From: Gammaproteobacteria bacterium
GTDB taxonomy: Bacteria > Pseudomonadota > Gammaproteobacteria > G965277405
Reading direction: 5' to 3'
Assembly: GCA_965277405.1 (NCBI GenBank)
Contig: OZ255726.1
Coordinates: forward strand, 128,001 to 192,000
DNA length: 64,000 nt
Shown in pieces: positions 32,358 to 41,379 of the stretch. Under the pieces are notes generated by a model. That model had not been told where the DNA came from, ran no database searches, and worked only from the letters and a program-made list of their open reading frames with translations. The stretch's first letter is position 1; the number at the start of each line of letters is the position of its first letter. The translations under genes were made by a program, and so were the position numbers.

Positions 32358-33442
32358 GAAAATACATTATATCATTCTGTATTTTAGTGTCTGTATCCCA
32401 ACCGCTTGTTGCAAATACCAAACAACAATTGATGCGAACACTTGATGAAATACATAAAAAACAACAACAGTTTGACAATACCCAACAGTCTAAAAATACA
32501 GCACTGCAAGCCATCCAGAGCATAGAAAAAAAAATTGCAACCGCGCAAAAACAAGTAAAGCAACTGCGTATGCAAGGAAAAAAACAAATATTCCGCGCCA
32601 CAGAAATACAAGATTTATTGTTTCAATCAAAACAAAAAATAGCGTTACACATTGATCAAATTCTTGATATCACGCTGCTTATGTACATACAACAACAAAA
32701 ATCACCACTGCGACTACTCTTCAATAGCGACGACACCCAAGATTGGCAGCGCAACCTAGAATATCTCAAATACTTTCAAAAATATCAGCTGCAACAACTT
32801 ACAAAATTTAATAACCTCAGTGCGCAAAACAGAGCACTTAGCAATGAACAAGTAAAAGCCAAAAAGTTATCAACCTTGCAACAAACCAACCTAAAAAGAT
32901 CACTGCTAACCCTGAACCAACAGCTGAAAGAACGCAAATCATTGCTGGCAACATTGAGCAATCGTCAATTAGAAACAAGCAAGCAACTCAAACAGCTGCA
33001 CGCATTTGTCAACAAATTTGATAGCGCATCTGTCCAAAAATTAACCAGAAAAGCCAACCCTTCTTTGCATAAATTTCGCGGAAAAATACCATGGCCTATG
33101 AACAACAAAGCAATTATCAGCACCGACATGCATGGTAAAGGAATCTATATTTATAGCAAACTGCAGCAACCTGTTGTCGCCGTTGCTGATGCGACAGTTC
33201 TGTATGCCGACTGGGTTAAAAATCTTGGCTTAATGGTGGTACTCGATCATGGCAGTGGGTTTTTAAGCGTGTATGCACACAATGGCACCGTCAATGTGGC
33301 AGCAGGCGACACTGTGAAAGTTGGAAAAAAAATAGCAACAGTTGGCGATACAGGAGGTAAAGCAAAACCCGTGTTATATTTTGAACTTTACAAAAAAAAT
33401 CAAAACATTACCTTACGCAAATGGATGAAACCAATCACATAA
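32354..33442 (+). CDS. envC: EnvC-like murein hydrolase activator (coiled coil + degenerate M23)
   Basis: Signal peptide, long coiled coil, GLMVVLDHG..SVYAHN...IATVGDTGG...LYFE. Confidence 0.8.
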   Translation: MRKYIISFCILVSVSQPLVANTKQQLMRTLDEIHKKQQQFDNTQQSKNTALQAIQSIEKKIATAQKQVKQLRMQGKKQIFRATEIQDLLFQSKQKIALHIDQILDITLLMYIQQQKSPLRLLFNSDDTQDWQRNLEYLKYFQKYQLQQLTKFNNLSAQNRALSNEQVKAKKLSTLQQTNLKRSLLTLNQQLKERKSLLATLSNRQLETSKQLKQLHAFVNKFDSASVQKLTRKANPSLHKFRGKIPWPMNNKAIISTDMHGKGIYIYSKLQQPVVAVADATVLYADWVKNLGLMVVLDHGSGFLSVYAHNGTVNVAAGDTVKVGKKIATVGDTGGKAKPVLYFELYKKNQNITLRKWMKPIT

Positions 33443-33468
33443 TATCAATTTTGATTCAGCGCGTTTTT

Positions 33469-33876
33469 CTAGCCAAAGTTGCGCTCGCTATCCTCACGCA
33501 ATAGCTTTGCTTCTGCTGATAATGTCGCCGTAGGTCTCACTAACAAACGAGGAATACCAATTGGCTCGCCAGTTTCTTCACAATAGCCATATCCTTTACG
33601 GTTAATCCGCGTCAAAGATTTGTCAATTTTTCGCAATAACTGTGTTTCACGCTCAATAATACGAAACTGCAGCCGGCTATCTTCTTCCATTTGTGCCTTA
33701 TCCAATTCGTCATTCTCACGCGTAAACGTGCCCAACGCTAGCCGCGCACTTCCCAAGTTTTCAGTCACCTGCTGTTTTTGTTCTAATAGCATGTTTTTGA
33801 AGAAATCCAGCTGTTCATCATTCATATAATCTCGTTTTGGCGCTTTTTTAATTTGATCAACAGAAAGCATATTCAT
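33469..33876 (-). CDS. dksA: DksA, zinc-independent (single-Cys) type
   Basis: YMNDEQL, DELDKA tip, YGYCEETGEPIG..RL..RPTATLS. Confidence 0.88.
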   Translation of the reverse strand: MNMLSVDQIKKAPKRDYMNDEQLDFFKNMLLEQKQQVTENLGSARLALGTFTRENDELDKAQMEEDSRLQFRIIERETQLLRKIDKSLTRINRKGYGYCEETGEPIGIPRLLVRPTATLSAEAKLLREDSERNFG

Positions 33877-33995
33877 CCTAAAATGTATAGTGTGAAACGC
33901 AGCTAACACTACGCAAGTAAAAAAAATCAGCATACTAATACCCAAACAATGGTTGAGTTAAGTTAATTTGACTATTAGTTAATGTGACTATTAAT

Positions 33996-34053
33996 TGTAA
34001 CAATATAACTTATTACATGGGGCGTGGTGGCGCGTTATTGTAACAATGTAACT
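33996..34053. promoter_or_regulatory. Two Zur-box-like sites upstream of dksA
   Basis: TGTAACAATATAACT (33996-34010) and TGTAACAATGTAACT (34039-34053) versus the Zur core TGTTATANTATAACA. Confidence 0.5.
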
Positions 34054-34131
34054 TATATAGAGCGTGGTATCGCGTTGCTGACTAAAATCTTCTGTTTATA
34101 CAATGCCCTAAGTGTAAATTGCTACGGAGGT

Positions 34132-34242
34132 TGTGTTGCATCCCTTGGCGTATAGCTAGGTCATGCGCTTAGCGGTTTGTGCCTTGCAATCATCAGCAAT
34201 TGCCATCAAACTCGCGCCATCAGCGAGTTAATCAGAGCTTTC
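34132..34242 (+). mobile_element. MITE right half
   Basis: tgtgttgcatcccttggcg...ttaatcagagctttc, followed by CTAA and the next copy. Confidence 0.88.
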
Positions 34243-34246
34243 CTAA

Positions 34247-34532
34247 GGAAGCTCTGATTAAGTCCATGATGGGCGAGACGGAGAAAAAACGCTGATGATA
34301 ACTAGACGCAGTGCGCAGATAATTCTGGTGGTATTATCAAGTGCTGCAACGACGTTAGCGCAGCGTTTTTTCCCGGCCTTCTATTGAATATATGATGGTT
34401 TGCCTACAAGCGGTACTTGCTGTGTTACATCCCTTGGCGTATATGCTACGGCATGCGCTTAGCGGTTTGCGCCTTGCAATCATCAGCAATTGCAGGCAAA
34501 CTCGCTCCATCAGCGACTTAATCAGAGCTTCC
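34247..34532 (+). mobile_element. Full-length MITE (286 bp) with perfect TIRs and a CTAA target duplication
   Basis: CTAA-GGAAGCTCTGATTAAGTC...GACTTAATCAGAGCTTCC-CTAA. Confidence 0.95.
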
Positions 34533-35676
34533 CTAACCGCTTGAGCAGCGCAAGATGAATGTTTGGCAAATTACTCAATTCTTCCATATGGATGCGTTCA
34601 TCAACCTGGTGGTTATAGGCAACAACAGGTCCAAGCTCGAGTAATTGGTCACAAATATCAATCAAAAATCGCCCGTCACTGGTGCCACCGCATGTAGTAA
34701 ATTCTGGCTCAAAACCCATAACACTTTGAATTGACTCGCGTAATGATTGACGCAGTAGCCCATCTGGACTGACAAATGGCCGCCCTGAGGACTGGTAAGC
34801 AAGGTCATACTCACAGTCACAGCTATCGAGTATTTTTCGGACATATTGCCAGATTGTTTCATCAGTAAAATCTGTTGAATAGCGGACATTACACGCAGCC
34901 TCCATCGTGGCGGGAATCACATTCACAGCCCCTGCATCGCTATGGCAATTTACCCATTGAAAAGTAGAAACAGGAAATGATTTGTTAGCACTGCCCCAGT
35001 CTGCTTGTTGCAGCGCAGTCATTGCAACCATTGCTGTATGAATAGGGTTTTTTACATATTCAGGGTAGGCAGCGTGACCCTGCCTGCCTTTAAATGTAAC
35101 CCAGCCAGTCGTTGAACCACGCCGACCAATACGCACACGATCACCACTGTTGGCACGTGAAGATGGTTCAGCAATCACGCAATAGTCAATACGAACACCC
35201 TTCTTTGCAAGTTGCTGCACTGGATATTGGCTACCATGAGCGCTGCCAACTTCTTCGTCACTGGTTAGCAGCAGTGCAATGTTTAATGCTGTGTCAGGGT
35301 GTTGTTCAAGATACGCCTCAATCCCCACGACCGCGCAGGCGATGCTCGCTTTCATATCGCCTGCACCACGTCCGTATAAACAACCTGCGTGGACTGTTGG
35401 CTCAAATGGTGGATATTTCCATTTACTCACATCACCAGGCGGCACGACATCGGTATGCCCAGCATAGCATAGCAGTGGTGCGCCTTGCCTACCATGGCGA
35501 TACAGCCAAACATTCGTGACATCTCCATCGTTATACCACGTCGCAGCGAAACCATATTTACGCAATCGATCTGCAAGCATTTGCTGACTGCCACAGTCTA
35601 ATGGCGTAACCGAAGGTCGCGCCATTAAGTCACACGCCAACTCAAATGTCGGCTGTGCTAATGTTGTATCTACCAC
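34522..35676 (-). CDS. dapE: Succinyl-diaminopimelate desuccinylase
   Basis: SVTP.D.G.Q, GHTDVVP, GRGAGDMK, SDEE, GRRGS, GGTSDGRF. Confidence 0.92.
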   Translation of the reverse strand: MVDTTLAQPTFELACDLMARPSVTPLDCGSQQMLADRLRKYGFAATWYNDGDVTNVWLYRHGRQGAPLLCYAGHTDVVPPGDVSKWKYPPFEPTVHAGCLYGRGAGDMKASIACAVVGIEAYLEQHPDTALNIALLLTSDEEVGSAHGSQYPVQQLAKKGVRIDYCVIAEPSSRANSGDRVRIGRRGSTTGWVTFKGRQGHAAYPEYVKNPIHTAMVAMTALQQADWGSANKSFPVSTFQWVNCHSDAGAVNVIPATMEAACNVRYSTDFTDETIWQYVRKILDSCDCEYDLAYQSSGRPFVSPDGLLRQSLRESIQSVMGFEPEFTTCGGTSDGRFLIDICDQLLELGPVVAYNHQVDERIHMEELSNLPNIHLALLKRLGKL

Positions 35677-35786
35677 GAGTCAATGTCCTATTGAAATAAT
35701 AAAACTATTGCATAACTATTACTGCAATTGTCAACAACATGCATAAAATATTACACTTCATTCACATAATACCACATACGCAGCCT

Positions 35787-36572
35787 ATGTTAACTTTGCC
35801 AAAACTGATTGAAAAAAAGCTTAACCATGAACGCATTGCCGCCATAGCGTTATACGATGCAACGTTGGCACGTATCGCTGAACAAGCAAATACAGATGTC
35901 TTGTTAGTCGGTGACTCACTCGGCATGGTTATCAAAGGTCACACCAGTACCCATGATGTCAGCATTAATGACATGCTCTACCACACCAATGCCGTTGCTC
36001 GTGGCGCACCGCACACGTTTATTATTGCCGACATGCCTTTTGGTTCATTAACAAGTGTCGAACGTTGTGTTGCAGAAGCTGTTGACGTTATCAAAGCAGG
36101 CGCCCACATGGTCAAGCTCGAAGGCGGTGCGTGGCTCAAACCATACGTAGTCCAACTTACCCAATTAGGCATTCCTGTCTGTGGTCATGTCGGCTTAACC
36201 CCGCAATCAATCCATATGCTCGATGGCTATCAGCTGCAAGGCAAGAGTGAAGCATCACAGGAAATACTGCTCCATGACGCTTTTACGCTCGATAGAGCTG
36301 GAATATCGATGATAGTCTTTGAATGTATTCCAAGTGAAATAGCGTGGAATCTCAGCAGAGACCTTGAATGCGCTACCATCGGTATTGGTGCAGGCGCACA
36401 AACAGATGGACAAGTATTAGTCGGCTACGATTTACTCGGCACTCATCCGCAACCACCACGTTTTGTCAAAGATTTTCTTGCGGAAACAAATAGTATTCAA
36501 GCGGCAATGTCGGCATATGTTGCCGCTGTCCATGCAGGAGAATTCCCTACGGATGCGCACAGCTACACATAA
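35787..36572 (+). CDS. panB: Ketopantoate hydroxymethyltransferase
   Basis: LLVGDSLGM, ADMPF, VKLEGG, GHVGLTPQS, IGIGAG..TDGQVLV. Confidence 0.97.
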   Translation: MLTLPKLIEKKLNHERIAAIALYDATLARIAEQANTDVLLVGDSLGMVIKGHTSTHDVSINDMLYHTNAVARGAPHTFIIADMPFGSLTSVERCVAEAVDVIKAGAHMVKLEGGAWLKPYVVQLTQLGIPVCGHVGLTPQSIHMLDGYQLQGKSEASQEILLHDAFTLDRAGISMIVFECIPSEIAWNLSRDLECATIGIGAGAQTDGQVLVGYDLLGTHPQPPRFVKDFLAETNSIQAAMSAYVAAVHAGEFPTDAHSYT

Positions 36573-36861
36573 GGAAGCTCTGATTAAGTCCATAATGGGC
36601 GAGACGGAGCAAAAACGCTGATGAAACTTAAGCGCAGCACTTGATAATACTGGTGGTCTTGTGGGTGTTGCCAAGTGCTGCAACGACGGCGCGCAGCGTT
36701 TTCTCCCGTCGTTGTGTTGCATATACTTTGGGTTTGCGGCAATTGCTTACGCTTGCTGTGTTGCATCCATTGGCGTATATGCTACGGCATGCGGTTTGCG
36801 CCTTGCAATCATCAACAATTGCAGGCAAACTCGCCCCAGCAGCGAGTTAATCAAAGATTCC
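36573..36861 (+). mobile_element. Full-length MITE directly after the panB stop
   Basis: GGAAGCTCTGATTAAG ... TTAATCAAAGATTCC; flanks ATAA / TTAG. Confidence 0.92.
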
Positions 36862-37146
36862 TTAGACAAACAACAGCGCACAGTGTCACCACAACTGTAT
36901 CCAACATTACAACAATGCCAACAACAACTCGCAGTTGACGAGCAGCCAGAAATTGTAGAAAATTGAGCACTGCTACAATTACGCAGGCAAGGATTCACTC
37001 CAAAGCAAGTTGCCATGCGCGATTTACAGCTGGCTGCGCCACATCCATCTTGTCAACAACTGATTATTTTAGCCGCTGCGATCATTGGCAAGACCCTCCA
37101 TATTGATAACATTATTGATAACATTGAATGCACGAGGACACTATGA
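36862..37146 (+). pseudogene. panC: 3' remnant of pantothenate synthetase
   Basis: Manual translation LDKQQRTVSPQLYPTL...EN*ALLQLRRQGF...MRD...IILAAAIIGKTLHIDNI resembles the PanC C-terminus (QRKIAPGLY...GF...RD...VILVAAWLG..RLIDN); follows panB. Confidence 0.85.
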
Positions 37147-37991
37147 ACACATCTTTTGCGACATCGCTGTATATCTGTCTCCAACACATTGTCCCGCAAC
37201 ACACAATATCACGGGTATTTGGATTACTTGCCAACGCCAGACTGGGAGCAATTTCCCACTGGGTTATTCGTCGCTTCATCAGCGCATATTCGATTGATAT
37301 GTCACAGGCGCAGCAAACTGACCCAACAGCCTTTCATTCGTTTAATGAATTTTTTACCCGTGCGCCAAAACCCCGCACTTTTACAGGCGCAACATGCTAC
37401 GCCCCGACTGATGCCACCATCAGCCAACTCGGACGGATTGATGCCTCACAAACACTCATCCAAGCCAAATGCCACAGCTATCATCTAGAGGCGCTGCTTG
37501 CCAATAGCCATACCCAACCACGGATTGACACCAGGCAATTCAACGGCGGCAACTATGCCACACTGTATTTATCCCCTGCAGATATACATAGAATCTATAT
37601 GCCCATTGCCGGAACACTCCAGACCATGCGCTTTGTCCCAGGAAAACTGTTTGCGGTAAACACCACAACTAGCAATCACGTCGATAATTTATTCGCACGC
37701 AATGAGCGCCTGATATGCATGTTCGACACTGCCATCGGTCCTCTAGCCGTGATTTTTGTTGGCGCGATGATTGTCGGCAGCATGGCAACAAGTTGGGCTG
37801 GTGTCATCCAACCCACACCAAGAGTAATCACTACTACCAAGTATAATATAGACATTGCATGCGGTGCAGATATTGGTCATTTTCAGCTAGGTTCAACGAT
37901 CATATTGTTGACAGGTAGCAAATTCGCCGCTTGGAATACAACATTAACTGCTGGCATGACAATCCGCATTGGCGATGGTATAATTCACTAA
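37143..37991 (+). CDS. psd: Phosphatidylserine decarboxylase
   Basis: SFNEFFTR, YLSP.D.HR, LFARNER, VGAMIVGS, LGST cleavage motif. Confidence 0.95.
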   Translation: MNTSFATSLYICLQHIVPQHTISRVFGLLANARLGAISHWVIRRFISAYSIDMSQAQQTDPTAFHSFNEFFTRAPKPRTFTGATCYAPTDATISQLGRIDASQTLIQAKCHSYHLEALLANSHTQPRIDTRQFNGGNYATLYLSPADIHRIYMPIAGTLQTMRFVPGKLFAVNTTTSNHVDNLFARNERLICMFDTAIGPLAVIFVGAMIVGSMATSWAGVIQPTPRVITTTKYNIDIACGADIGHFQLGSTIILLTGSKFAAWNTTLTAGMTIRIGDGIIH

Positions 37992-38276
37992 GGAACCTCT
38001 GATTAAGTCGCTGATGGAACGAGTTTGATGGCAATTGCTGATGATTGCAAGGCGCATTCCGCAGGCGCATGCCGTAGCATATACGCCAAGGGATGCAACA
38101 CAGCAAGTACCGCTACCATCAAACCCAAAGTATATTCAACAGAAGGACGGGAAAAAACGCTGCGCTAACGTCGTTGCAGCACTTAATAATACCACCAGTA
38201 TTATCTGCGCACTGCGTCTAGTTATCATCAGCGTTTTTTCTCCGTCTCGCCCATCATGGACTTAATCAGAGGTTCA
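37992..38276 (-). mobile_element. Full-length MITE after the psd stop, CTAA/CTAA flanks
   Basis: CTAA-GGAACCTCTGATTAAG...CTTAATCAGAGGTTCA-CTAA. Confidence 0.93.
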
Positions 38277-38314
38277 CTAAACTATGCTGCGCCAAATTAC
38301 GGAATGAATGATTG

Positions 38315-39079
38315 ATGCAATATCTATCTGCAACACTGCTGCGCACACCGATCAGCAAACTTGGGTTAGGCACTGTGAAGTTTGGTCGCAACCAAGATGT
38401 GAAATATCCCAACGCATTTACCATACCAACAGACGCAGACCTGCTCCAATTACTCCAGATTGCCGCAGATAGCGGCATCACCCTCATCGACACAGCAGCA
38501 GCATATGGCAACAGTGAACAGCGCTTGGGTAGCTTACTTCCCCAAGTAGCCAACGATTGGCTGGTGTGCACTAAAGCAGGTGAACGCTACACAAATGGAG
38601 TATCGCATTTTGATTTTAGCCAGCGCGCAATTACCAGCAGTATTGAGCGCAGCTTGGGGCAACTAAAGCGCGACTGCATCGATATTGCCTTGATCCACTC
38701 AAACGGTGATGACGCCCGCATCATCGACGACTATGGGGTGTTTGCGACAATGCAATCGCTGCAACGCAAAGGGCATATTCAAATATTTGGCATGTCAGTT
38801 AAAACACTTGCTGGCGCATTGAAAACTTGCGATGCCGCAGGTGTCGTTATGCTGGAAACCAACCAACTTACACCGCAAGACACCGCGCGACTCAACGCGC
38901 ACCCACAATGGAAAACCACAATTGTCCTCGCTAAAAAAGTGCTCAACAGCGGCCACAATCTCAATATTCACCAAGCATTTTTTCAAGCTAATACTGTTGC
39001 AAACAACGTTTGTATAGTCAACGGTACAATTTCGCCAGCACACTTACGCGCCAACGTCAACGCTATTGCGCAGCTGTGA
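38315..39079 (+). CDS. Aldo/keto reductase
   Basis: LGLGTVKFG, IDTAAAYGNSE, TK, SL..L..D.ID...IH. Confidence 0.88.
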   Translation: MQYLSATLLRTPISKLGLGTVKFGRNQDVKYPNAFTIPTDADLLQLLQIAADSGITLIDTAAAYGNSEQRLGSLLPQVANDWLVCTKAGERYTNGVSHFDFSQRAITSSIERSLGQLKRDCIDIALIHSNGDDARIIDDYGVFATMQSLQRKGHIQIFGMSVKTLAGALKTCDAAGVVMLETNQLTPQDTARLNAHPQWKTTIVLAKKVLNSGHNLNIHQAFFQANTVANNVCIVNGTISPAHLRANVNAIAQL

Positions 39080-39081
39080 TT

Positions 39082-39470
39082 TTACTCTTGCCTAAATCGT
39101 GACAACGCCAAGTACAGCAACCGCTTCGTTTCGGTTTGGTATTTTACCGTGCTGTGCAAAATAACCCCAGCAAAACCAATCGTTGCGGCAACAATGCCAA
39201 GCCCTGCAGCAAGCACAGCAGTTGGCAGCCGCGGCACTAACCCTGTCTGCAAAAAATGCAGCAACAACTCAGTACCCAACAGCAACGATGCAACAGCAAA
39301 TGCCGCAGCCAGCGCGCCATAAAATATCAGCGGCTTATTACTGCGAATCAGCTCCACAAGCATAAACAATGCGTGGCTGCCGCGGTCCTAGCTGCAACAG
39401 CGTATCGCCTACATAAATCAATGTATATTCAACAACAAAACCAGCAATTCCAGCAATGATGAACACCATG
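39082..39470 (-). pseudogene. C-terminal remnant of a GT2 glycosyltransferase, joined to a possible GtrA-like N-terminal fragment
   Basis: KPLIFY...TGLVPRLPTAVL...ETKRLLYL matches the membrane tail of DPM-like GT2 enzymes, with no catalytic domain; upstream FIIAGIAGFVVE resembles a GtrA start. Confidence 0.55.
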
Positions 39471-39589
39471 ATAATCCTGCGCTTTGCCATCCAGACTCGC
39501 CCATACGCAGATACCTTTTTGCTGACTTGTAATTTACTATACATTCGTGTTTATATCGCTATGATTTTTCGGCATTCTTCACAAAACTA

Positions 39590-39880
39590 TTGGCAATGAG
39601 TCTACCCCCAAACGCATATTATCAATACACCATTGCTCGCAGATCGCTACTGCTATGGTTGTTAATCCTGCTGTTTCCGCTTGGTATTGCCATCATGATT
39701 GTGCCAATCATCGCGCCAACTCAATGGTTTGGCATTTCATCGTTGTATTTTTGGTTGCCGTCCATCATGGTCATTATCAGTGGTCTGGCAATATGGTTTT
39801 GCCAACAACAACAGGCAATAGATGCCCGACTTGCGCTGGCGTTATCCAAGCCGTATTTTTCTAAACCATACATGCAATAA
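39590..39880 (+). CDS. Small two-helix membrane protein, possible symporter small subunit (DUF4212-like)
   Basis: Size, two hydrophobic segments, terminal ID motif, position before an SSS-like gene. Confidence 0.45.
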   Translation: MAMSLPPNAYYQYTIARRSLLLWLLILLFPLGIAIMIVPIIAPTQWFGISSLYFWLPSIMVIISGLAIWFCQQQQAIDARLALALSKPYFSKPYMQ

Positions 39881-39882
39881 CT

Positions 39883-41379
39883 GTGAGTTCCCAGGCACTG
39901 TGTATTATTGCTAGTATTGCACTCATAGCCATTGCTAGGCTCACAGCTGCCAGGTTGGGTATTGCCAACGAATTTATCAATGCCATTGCCATTGGTGCAG
40001 CGTTGCTTTGCATTGCGGTTGCAAACAATGCGGCAGGTCGGCACCGCAACCTCATTGACAATAGTATTGGTTGGGGGTTTTTGTTGTTTGCTCTCTATCA
40101 ACAGGCATTTAATACAGCGGGATATTTGCTATTCGCGATTATCCTTGGCTGCATGCTGGGTTTTCTGCTGCACGTACTGTTGTTTCAGCCGTTGCGCCAT
40201 CAACACGCAACGTCCATACAACTGGTTGGCTATTGGCGCTATCGCTTTGCTTGCGAACGCAGCCCAATCACACTGCAACTAGTGATTGGGGCGATTGCAA
40301 CCGCATTGGCGATTATTGTGATGCAGCAATTGCTGCTGTTGCTGCGCGTTTCGTTTACTGATGTAGCAACCCAATGCACCCTTCTGTTTTTCGCCACGAT
40401 GTTGCTGTGGCAAGTCTGCGGACGTTCCATACCAATAATTGGTTATAGTTTGCTTGGTGTTATCGCAATCATGGGTATTAGCTATGCTGGCTTGCAACTC
40501 CAGTATGCTGCAGTCTTCAGTTTCCCCGCCTCTATAGCTAGTTTTCCCGCCACCACAGCCAGTACTGCAATGTATTTTCAAGCGTTGGTATTGGCGTGTT
40601 GCACAACTATCGTATTGCCGCTGCCATTCATGTTCCAACACCACGCCAATGATGCTGCCTACCCCACAGTCGAAAATACAGACTATCGCAGCGATAAAGA
40701 TGATACAACTGCACTGCCGTGCACGTGGCATGTCATCTTTGCCACCATTGCGATATTGCTGTTGCTAAGCCAGTTACTCCCAATATTGCGTGACACACCA
40801 ACTGCTCAAGCATGGCAAGTCATCCGCACGATTATTGTCTCATTATGTGCATTTATACTGCTGCAGCGATTATTAACCATCATCCATTGGGCAGCATTTG
40901 CGCATATTCATCTCAACACCAAGGCAGTTAGCGATATTCCGCGCATGATTGGCAAGATCCTCTGGGCTGCAATTGTGCTGTTTATTTGCATCGCAGCAAT
41001 CAGCAATACCACCAGCCTTGTGTGGTTTGAATACGCCATGTTCCTTGCAAGCTTTGGGATTTTCCCGGTGATACTGCTCAGCATTACCATCCAGCGTATC
41101 TCACCACACATCTGCGCAGCGGCAGTTATGCTGGCAGTAATTGGCGTTACCATCTGCATGGTGTTAAGCCAAATCGTCCCACCATTCAACTCAAATGCAA
41201 TAGTTACCAGTTTACGGGAATATTATCCGTATTTCTGGCTAGCATTACCAGCATATGTCTTGCTGCTGTATGGCTGCCACATGCCGCTGTATTTAGGCAT
41301 GCGCAAGCAACAACAACCACCACTTACCGAGTTGCATCTCCCGCCACAGGCATGGCAGGCATATGCCGACTATGAGTAA
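39883..41379 (+). CDS. Polytopic membrane protein, distant sodium:solute symporter (ActP-like)
   Basis: Many TM helices; GFLLHVLLFQPLR...RY and FPVILLSI..QRI echo SSS motifs, but very diverged. Confidence 0.45.
   Translation: MSSQALCIIASIALIAIARLTAARLGIANEFINAIAIGAALLCIAVANNAAGRHRNLIDNSIGWGFLLFALYQQAFNTAGYLLFAIILGCMLGFLLHVLLFQPLRHQHATSIQLVGYWRYRFACERSPITLQLVIGAIATALAIIVMQQLLLLLRVSFTDVATQCTLLFFATMLLWQVCGRSIPIIGYSLLGVIAIMGISYAGLQLQYAAVFSFPASIASFPATTASTAMYFQALVLACCTTIVLPLPFMFQHHANDAAYPTVENTDYRSDKDDTTALPCTWHVIFATIAILLLLSQLLPILRDTPTAQAWQVIRTIIVSLCAFILLQRLLTIIHWAAFAHIHLNTKAVSDIPRMIGKILWAAIVLFICIAAISNTTSLVWFEYAMFLASFGIFPVILLSITIQRISPHICAAAVMLAVIGVTICMVLSQIVPPFNSNAIVTSLREYYPYFWLALPAYVLLLYGCHMPLYLGMRKQQQPPLTELHLPPQAWQAYADYE

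Noticed and set aside
6836-38265. Recurrent 60-107 aa ORFs inside MITE copies (e.g. ...ICALRLVIISVFSPSRPSW) as a possible small-protein family
   Set aside because: The reading frame changes between copies in the middle of the element and starts differ, so similarity follows from the DNA repeat rather than coding constraint
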